A DNA stretch of 34,743 nucleotides from Sphaeroforma arctica JP610 (lineage: Eukaryota). A program made the position numbers and the translations under genes. Each line of letters opens with the position of its first letter. Positions within the stretch are counted from its first letter, which is position 1. The stretch spans positions 17,183 to 51,925 of the forward strand of contig NW_014040503.1 of assembly GCF_001186125.1 (NCBI RefSeq), in the 5' to 3' direction. The notes beneath the pieces are model-generated. The model saw only the letters and a program-made list of their open reading frames with translations. It ran no database searches and was not told the origin of the DNA. Shown in pieces: positions 27,101 to 34,743 of this stretch.

Positions 27101-28835
27101 GTTAGTTGTTGTTGCTGGGGTTCGATGCTCTTGTTGTTGCTGTTCTGCGTTGTCAACAAATCGTTTGCATGCTTCGATAGAATTTTCCTCTGACAAAAAA
27201 ATTTCTTGAGCGCCCATTTCTGTTTTTCCAACTAAGGAACTTTTCTGAGCGTGTATTCGCCGTAGTGTTTGGATAATCCACACATCATCTACAGTATAAC
27301 TGTTTGTGGCGACAAACCCACCACTTGTGCGTACATTTGGATATATACTTGAGCACACTAGAGAGAAGACTCATGGAGACATGCGCGCACTGCATGCTCG
27401 TATATTACACAAAGTACTGTCCGCCTCATTGATGGAGTCTGTACGCTTTTGAACGTTGGGTGATCATTCGAGAAACATCATATGTCCCAATATTAACCAA
27501 ATGTGTTTCTGGATTTGCACACATTAACACGGGTCACACTCTGCCAATATTGAATATTGCTAGGCACAAAGGAAGGTGGATTCTTGGGTAGGATCGTCCG
27601 TGATCCATATGGGAGATCACAATGTTCCAAATGCCTTCATGTTCATCGACAAGGTACTTTTATGTTTAGTATTACCCTTGTAGATGTAGACCTAGCTGAG
27701 ATATAGTATTTCACAACTTCTGCAACTCCACTGTTTTTGAATTCTAATTTTGGTCAGGATTACTAGACTTTCCAGCTTTAACGGCTACCACGCACATGCC
27801 AATTTATAGACCTGTTTTCGGCGAGTATTCATAGCGGTGTGCAGGATAGGATGGTCGCGATATATGTACCGTATATGCTGAAATTTCCAACAAACTCTTC
27901 TCCAACCGCAGTATACACAAGTGGCTCGCATTCTGAATCCAATCGTGATCTGTCTGAGGAAGCTAGACAGCCTCGAAAATGATCCAGGTGTGTGAAAAAA
28001 ACGGGGTCAGGTGTGCTTAGGTGAAAGTGCAGGTGAAAGATAGGTGCTTCATGTAGCATCATATTCAATTCTGCTTAAGTTACATCGGTTTTATAGCGTC
28101 TATTATGACATTCGATTTTCGAATCATCCCGCATATGTTTTCTGTAGCATGAACATCTTAAATTGTATTTAGTAGATTCCCTCTTGCGTAAAGCGATGAT
28201 TTAACATAATGCGAGTCTTTGTGCATTTTTACCTTTTATGCAAAGAAATGAGCAAGATGGTCGTTTGTCACATATTACAAAACGCTATTTCTCGAGAGAC
28301 GTAGTTTCAGTTCAATAGGGGTATCCTTTCTGGAATTGAATGGATAGCTTTGTGATTTTAGGAGGTGTACAGTCTATGTGAAGCCGCGACGTGCTTCGTC
28401 GTACTGTATTGAAATTTTGTTTCAATTCAATTACACTAATAATCTCACAAATGCTTGTCGCTGTTATCTCCAGGTCTTGCCGAGTATATTAAAACAACGT
28501 TCACGAGTGTCGATAATTGCAAACGTGTGATATTGAATGATTTCTTCAAGTTCGCCTTCGATGGTAGTGGTGCAGGTGCGTATATATATCCGCGGTTTCG
28601 CTAATTGTTTGTTACGTGCCTGCATATCGTCTTGCTAGTCAGCTTTTGCTGTTGCTACAGTGTCTAACTCCTTCGATATCGCTTCTCCACATCAACAGAT
28701 AATTTTTTCGATGCCGGTTCTTGTATCGATGGACGTCTGACTTCCGCCTGGAATTGGTGTTCACGATTGGAAAAGAAGCGATATTACCCCGTGTTTTTGC
28801 TTACGGGCTTCGTAGGATTCGACGGAGAGTTTTAG
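22978..28835 (+). CDS. B-box-type zinc finger + DUF2009 (UPF0652 family) protein, 9 exons
   Basis: All introns are GT-AG and phase-consistent. Exons: 22978-23577, 24562-24763, 25293-25557, 26288-26469, 26772-27004, 27564-27653, 27912-27987, 28474-28575, 28699-28835. N-terminal CIEC...[12 protein letters not shown]...H...RKRH. Family motifs [96 protein letters not shown], and C-terminal GFVGFDGEF*. Confidence 0.92.
23821..24430. repeat. TA/TG-rich compound microsatellite in intron 1, containing a 20-N assembly gap (24028-24047)
   Basis: Seen directly. Confidence 0.95.
25613..25777. repeat. 81-bp tandem duplication (2 near-identical copies) in intron 3
   Basis: CGTGTAACGAATAATGTGAAGGCGG... 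begins at both 25613 and 25694. Confidence 0.9.
25838..26220. repeat. CA-rich minisatellite (about 75-bp unit AAACTCACCCACATGACCCACAATAACACACCACCGCCGCACACTCACGCCACACCATACCACACCACAC) in intron 3
   Basis: About 4-5 imperfect units seen directly. Confidence 0.9.
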
Positions 28836-29024
28836 CACCCACTTATTGATTCAGATGTTCGCCAACTGAGAGACTTTTAAAGTATACAATACTGACTCAT
28901 ATCGAAAAGTAGAAATACTACGTCGTCGATCGAGGGCGGGATGTTCTGTGTTGAAATCAAGTTCCCGTAGCAACACCAGCTGGTGTGCTAGTAGAGTATG
29001 CTTTGTAAGAGCTATTTGTTCACA

Positions 29025-29267
29025 TGTAAGTTGTTTCAGAGCAGTCTAAGTTTATTGTCTCATGTTCGGTCGCTTTGGTTTACTGTACGAAAGTGAACAC
29101 AGGCAACGGACGTGGACAGTATTTTTACTCATAGTCAGTGATGAATCGTTTTCTCGTTGGTCGACACGAAAGTGGCGTTAGAAATTTCGTAACGGAACTT
29201 GGTTTATACATACAGGTTTGGAGTAATAAGTCAAAGGGGTTTAGTGTTGACAGCACATGGTTTTACA
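29025..29267 (-). repeat. Putative 3' LTR (about 243 bp)
   Basis: Minus strand reads GGATGGGGGGT (PPT-like, 29278-29268), then TGTAAAA from 29267, TATAAA at 29208-29203, AATAAA at 29056-29051, and ends TTACA at 29025 (TGTAA/TTACA inverted termini). Alternative end at 29004. The 5' LTR is not in the window for comparison. Confidence 0.6.
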
Positions 29268-29569
29268 ACCCCCCATCCGATTTGCAATTGTGCAAAATTG
29301 GATACAAACAAGTGGCGTCAAGGTAGACCGTGCACGGGTAAAGTATTGAGTCAGTATATAGAAGTATGTAGTCAGTATATAGGGGACATTAGAACGTCGA
29401 AAAGTGACTGGGACCACTGAGGGAGAGTAGCCTGGTATTTGTTGCGCCAGTCGAGGATTTGAGAAGCCCGATATATACGGGATCAGTAGCGAGTGCATAT
29501 GCACACTTAATGGCAAATTTCAAGTTCACCAAGCGATGAGGTTAGGTATGCTGAGTAAGTAATTCAATA

Positions 29570-30900
29570 TCAATATATGAAAGGATGCATTATCCCTTGT
29601 ATGACGATGTTAGTCAGAAAGCGCAATAAAAATGCGCATCGCAGAGTAGATTTGTATCGAAAAAGGATAGCTGCAGACCATTGCTTGAAGGCCTTGTCAA
29701 TCTGGGCCTTTTCATGCTCAGGAGCATCGCGAAATGGACTTTGACAATAAAGCCAGCTTGTATACACATAATTTCTACGAGTACCAGAGATGGCAGATTT
29801 AGGGATTCCAACAGGTTCCCGAAAAGCCTTTAGCTTAGAACGGTGAACACGATATGTGTTCTTTGTATTACAATCTTGGATTGTCTGCATGGTCGGAGGG
29901 TCAAGGGAAGTGACTGTAGTGGGGCCACCCCGCAAAGTACGATCAGAAAAAAATATGGATTTGAGCTTTTAAAATACCGAGCGGCCAACAGCAATAAGCG
30001 GAGCATCGTAGCCGTAGCGGTTAGCTTAAGTAGCTTGAGTGGTTCGTGCACGAGTGTTTTGTTCCCAGACAGCACGGTCAGCGTCAGTACGTTGTGGGAT
30101 AAGGGTAAGAGGAGATTCGCCAGGAGATAAATCCTCGATAATAATGGCCTCCAGGGCACGATTATTAGAATGGTGGTACTGACGACCAGTTACCAGAGTA
30201 TATGATGTAACATTAGTAACAGTGTTCACACTGGAATTATGATCACATGCAAATTTTCAAGAATGAAGGTCCCAAATTGTTTGGTAGTGATTTCGTTCAA
30301 TCCAGACGAGGTGGTATCAATGAATTTCTCAACTAGACCATTGTTACAATGATCCACAACAGAAACAACATGGCAAAGAGTGCCTTGGAATGTAGACTAA
30401 TCTTTGAACAGGCGAGAATTAAAGGAACTTACATCATCATCAACGTATTCGGCAGTATATGCCCATTGTTCAGTTTGTTGTTGTAACTGCAAGACAACTT
30501 CAGAAGCAGTCTTGCAGTATGACGCATTGAAGCTATATGGACCAAACGGGTATGTTCGTCTATACAAAGGAATTGATATTTATAATCCCCAGGGATGATC
30601 GGCATAACCTTGAAGTCCAAATGACGCACAGCTCCTGAATATTTGCCACGATCAGGTTGGATTAAGAGACCCATAATCGGGCCTGGAGCATCTCATTCGA
30701 GGATGTAGCCCAGGCACGTGTTGAGAATGCGTAGAATGAAGTCATGTTTGAGAGTCCAAGCAAACAAATCAAGCATCAAGCGCAATAAACGGGAAGGGCG
30801 GAGGCGATCCCGGTCTATGCAGACTGACCAAATGGGACAAAGGACACGCTCCGGCGTAATCGTGCGGTTGTGCAACATATAAGATGTCTGGGAGAAGGCA
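29570..30900 (-). pseudogene. Retroviral-type DDE integrase remnant (HHCC region, rve core, GPY/F module)
   Basis: RLLRLMLDLFAWTLKHDFILRILNTCLG (zinc-binding region), VRHLDFKVMP...YKYQFLCIDEHTRLVH (first catalytic Asp region), and GPTTVTSL...TIQDCNTKNTYRVHRSKLKAF (GPY/F-like). Broken by frameshifts. Confidence 0.8.
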
Positions 30901-31638
30901 AGGATTGCCTGGGGTAAGGTAATACCCTCATTGCCCGCAGTTGGAGGTTGAGGGACAACAGTATATTTAGTTTGGAGCATCGCAGTGCACTCATCATCCG
31001 CAAGATTATGAGAAACGGGATATGGACGTGCAGCCGGAGGTGGAGGGAGCATATACTCCAACGGTGGAGTGGGAGGTTTTTAAGGCGCCATACATTCCAT
31101 CGGTAGAGCCTCCAAGGGTGGCAATTGTAAGCCAGGATCGTCTACTGAATCATTGTTCAGCACGCGTTCCCCATCTGGATCAGAGTCCCATTGAAGTGGT
31201 GGCACATACGAAACTAAATCAAGGCAAGTCACCGGTATGGGAGGCGGTGGGGAAATCTGCGTGTCTTGGTGAGGGGACCGAGAAATCTCGGACCCACGGA
31301 GAGTAGGGGTCACAGGTGGAGTGACACTAGTAGGAATCAAAGAGCACGTTCTGGGCATCAATTGGTCAGGTGAATTATGTGCCTTCGTTGGGCGGGGCGA
31401 CGATGGTGGGTTAGACCAACGCCACTGCCGAGATTCAGCAAAGGACTGGCGGAGGGCATTACCCATACATGATTCTTGTTCTGGGTCGAAAGTAGAGGCA
31501 GATGGTCGCTTCTTAGTCAAGGCCAAACTAGAAGTAGGAGACAGGAGGACTGCATTGAGGATCACTGGAGGAGAACCTGTAGTACCCACTAGATGCCAAA
31601 AGAACAGTTTAGAGATAGGCAGTGGGGAAGAAGGCTTG

Positions 31639-32029
31639 TCACTGGAAAGAGGGCCAGCGTGACCAGGGAGGACAACCAAGCAGGGTGCTTTCATCCTTGA
31701 AAAACATATCATGGGTATGTGTGAGGACAAGGGAAGCTTCAATAAGATGGTCGAAGAATCGGCGCAAATAAGAGGAATTTGTCCAATATGGCATGATGGC
31801 CAAAGCTTTACAGCTGGTGGGGGCTTGATAACGCCGGAAGAAACTGTTGTAACAAGACCAAGGAGGATGAACAAGGACAAGTATATTGTCAAGGTTAATA
31901 GAATCAGCAGTTTGTCCCATAATACCCCTAAAGCTTAAGATGATGACAACTTCGACTGGCAAAGAGATCAAAGTGGGGACCCCTCTATTTCCGAACCAGT
32001 AGCTGAAACCAGGCTGGGTGTAGCTTCAA
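31639..32029 (-). pseudogene. DNA N6-adenine methyltransferase-like (DIRS1/phage Dam-type) domain remnant inside pol
   Basis: The frame from 32029 reads LKLHPAWFQLLVRK*RGPHFDLFASRSCHHL (DLFAS at 31969-31955). After a frameshift it continues QTADSINLDNILVLVHPPWSCYNSFFRRYQAPTSCKALAIMPYWTNSSY...LGCPPW (HPPW at 31869-31858). Confidence 0.75.
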
Positions 32030-32139
32030 TAGTATGCCACAAGATGAGAAGAAAGAGAAGCCACTATAAGAGGTCTGGGGGCTTGGACAGGAGTAGCACG
32101 GGAAATACGGCGAGATACAAAGAGCATCAAAGGATCAAG

Positions 32140-32600
32140 GGTAGCAGGTCCCCGAGAAAGCATATCAGCTATAAAGTTCCAGTCACCAAGAATGTGACGT
32201 ATGTTAATGTCATAACGTCGAACTATCTCCACAAGACGCGAAAGACAATCACCTCGAGTTGAAGGAGGAAATGTCAATTATCATATAGTGGTGAGAGAAA
32301 GAGATAATGGACATGTGGTCCGTTCAAACACTTAGTGAACGATGGTTTGGGGTCAGAATCATCTCATCTATGTCAACTTTATAAGCAATAGCCATAGTTT
32401 CTAAGTCAAAGATATGATAACGGGGTTGTGCCGCGTTGAGTTTAGTTGATCGGTTTGAAACCAGGCGAAGGCAGTCAATGCCATTTACACAAAAGCCGTC
32501 CTTTTTAAGATCAACGAGGGGTTGAGGAACCGGTATGTAACTGGGTAGGGTAGGAAAGAAGTACAGCTTTCCGAAGAAACATCCATTTCCGTTTTGCTAG
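32140..32600 (-). pseudogene. Ty3/Gypsy RNase H remnant
   Basis: STKLNAAQPRYHIFDLETMAIAY (about 32450-32380) and SRLVEIVRRYDINIRHILGDWNFIADMLSR match the Ty3 RH motifs Y...ELE.LAI and I.HI.G..N..AD.LSR. Confidence 0.85.
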
Positions 32601-32961
32601 AAACTCCTTCTAAGTTCGGCGAGGCTTCTTGTTGAGCGGAAACTGAAGGGACCATTCTACAGAATGCTGTAGATGTCGCTCAGGAAAGAAGCTCGAACAA
32701 GGTGGTTCAGGAGGAGGGAGGGTACGTTTATGGGAAGTTTGATACTTGAAATTGTCACGAAGGGCCTCATCAGCAGCTTCCGCTTATTTAGCACGAAGCG
32801 GTTACGTCCAGTCACGAGATAAGGGGGTGGAAGAGAAATCAGGTGGGGAAATCCGCACAAAACGACCAGAACCAAGCCCCACAGGGTACGCTTCAACAAA
32901 AAAGATAGAGGTGATGAGCTGGGCAGGAGTGACCAATACAATGTCACCTTAGATGGCATTG

Positions 32962-33720
32962 TCAATAAGAGGCTTTCAGCCGATCCTGGCTGATAGTTGT
33001 ATAACTATGGAGGGTTTCTCGACCATAATAAGCTTTGGTGGAGGCACACATAAGGGCTAAATGGGTTTTAGACGCACGCAGGCGAATACCAGCAACATAG
33101 TAGATTTGGGCATATTGAAGAAGATCAGTTAAATGGCGGAGCAAAAAGTCAGAACCCCAGTGAGCCATAGACCCATCATCAACGAAGTGTTAAAAATATC
33201 AGGGAGTTTCTGAAACGTCTGGTCAAAAACTGATTGCAACTGAAAAGTCATCATTTTAACGCCAAAAACACCAGCAATTGGGCGCCAAACTTCACCTTTA
33301 GAGGTAATCCAGATAAGGCTGTCACGGGAAAACAGTGTACGAATTTTGAGCTGGTTAAATGAGCAGGCCATGTCCATAGTAGAGATAGTATCGCCACGGC
33401 GGATATGATCAAGATATTCTTGTTCTGTGGGCATGAGTTAGAGATCAACCCTGCAATTGTCATTGTTTACTTTATAGTTTGACAATACCACACGTCGTTA
33501 ATAGACGTGGGCTTAACACGTCGATCCTTTCGTGCGAGTACAGCACTGGACATCCATGGACTGAAAAAATTTAGACTCCCAGCAAATCAAGTCTTGATTC
33601 TTTGGTTTATATATGATTTGGCGTGGGACTGGTTTGTCTATGAATCTCCATTTCAACTTTTCAAGTCCATGAATAGTTATGGTGGTCTGTGTCGTAGACA
33701 ATTTGATTGAAAGCATCTTT
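32962..33720 (-). pseudogene. Reverse transcriptase remnant
   Basis: MPTEQEYLDHIRRGDTISTMDMACSFNQL (motif A), GVFGVK (motif B), then after a frameshift HFVDDG (YxDD equivalent; FVDD at 33186-33175) and AGIRLRASKT. Confidence 0.85.
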
Positions 33721-34743
33721 TATTTCTGTAATATATACAGGTAATTCGTGTAGAAGGAAAGTCAAGTCATTTCTGCCGGTCCAGTTATATTGTTCGACCT
33801 CACTCGGTGTTTCACGATATTTACGATGAAACTCAAGAACAGCGGCTTCATCGAATTTTGCCATAATTAGACGTATATGTGACAGATAGGACTAAGTTTT
33901 TGGTCTCGTAAAGGGTGAGATGATTGTTTTCATCATATATTGTTTTAGAAGTGTATCAGTCACTTGTTACGTGGGAGAAATGAGAGAGCGTCCTCCAAAG
34001 ACGTTCATTTCAACGGAGTCAATCGAAATGGGCTCAAGAAATTTTGTTTCAACGAGGGACTTATTGATAAGACCTGGGATGTGTAGAAATACGGCCTCCG
34101 GTCAGTCTAAAATATCAAGATCAATTGAGATAATACATTGGTTTTTATTTGTATTTTAAATAATTTAATACAAGCTCTTTTTCCAATATTTCCAAAGTGT
34201 TCTAAATTCACTTCGATGGCTCCAATAGCCTGAGTATTTGGTATGATTCATCTACTTGGACCTATTTGAGACATTAGTAGATGTAGGATATTATAAACTA
34301 AATTTTATAATCTCCGAACTACTACTTATAGATTTTGGTCCTCCCGCCAATCTCCAAAATCCAATAAGTCTTTTTCTTTTTTTAACTTTTCTTCAGATGG
34401 AACTTTATTTATATCAGCTAATGTATTAACGTAACGCGACTTACGTTATTATGTCTATCTACAAATTAGGCATGTGGTCATGAACACCTAGTACTTCTAG
34501 TGAAAATTATTCAATAAAGAACAGCTAGAGGTACGCCCTGTGTGATCGAGGATATTTAGGCTCTTAACAAGAGGCAGTCCCGATCATTCTTACACAAGCT
34601 ACCACTGCTAAATCCTGACTGACTAAATTGTATTTTAGTTTAATATAGTTTGAAACCTAGTAATTTCCATCGAAGTTTACATGGATGCCCAGGAGATCTT
34701 GAAAGTTAAGATTGGTGACTGGAATCGAGATGGTATTTCAAAA

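Larger units (their letters stand above)
29025..34743 (-). mobile_element. Degenerate Ty3/Gypsy-type LTR retrotransposon (RT-RNaseH-adenine MTase-like-linker-integrase-3' LTR); 5' part runs off the window
   Basis: Domain order RT, RH, INT on the minus strand, with many frameshifts and stops. PPT and a TG...CA LTR candidate at the 3' end. Sequence beyond about 34200 is assigned only by position. Confidence 0.85.

Noticed and set aside
31022..32262. Plus-strand ORFs within the retroelement
   Set aside because: Antisense shadows of pol with no recognisable motifs.
29025..34743. Classification as a DIRS1 element because of the MTase
   Set aside because: No tyrosine recombinase motifs are visible; a DDE integrase, Ty3-type RH, PPT and TG...CA LTR are present instead.
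33920..34743. Aspartic protease or gag remnant (LINKSLVE...VFGG on the minus strand)
   Set aside because: The position fits, but no D[TS]G motif or zinc knuckle is readable; too decayed to call.

Overview
Eukaryotic, intron-rich genomic DNA (GT-AG introns, long TA/TATG microsatellites, one 20-N scaffold gap at 24028-24047). The style suggests a unicellular opisthokont such as an ichthyosporean, but that is only an inference. From left to right: (1) about 5.5 kb without credible ORFs, holding several diverged tandem-duplicated units and hairpin-H box-hairpin-ACA shaped sequences, probably a clustered box H/ACA snoRNA locus; (2) a large multi-exon minus-strand gene for an Spt20/SUPT20H-family SAGA subunit with a very long S/T/Q-rich tail (about 6416-19341); (3) a small intronless plus-strand membrane protein gene (21259-21735); (4) a 9-exon plus-strand gene for a B-box zinc finger + DUF2009/UPF0652 protein (22978-28835); (5) a decayed minus-strand Ty3/Gypsy-type LTR retrotransposon (from about 29025 to the window end). 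The most notable feature is that this element carries a frameshifted DNA N6-adenine methyltransferase-like domain (DLFAS...HPPW...MPYW), of the kind typical of DIRS1 elements, between RNase H and a DDE integrase.
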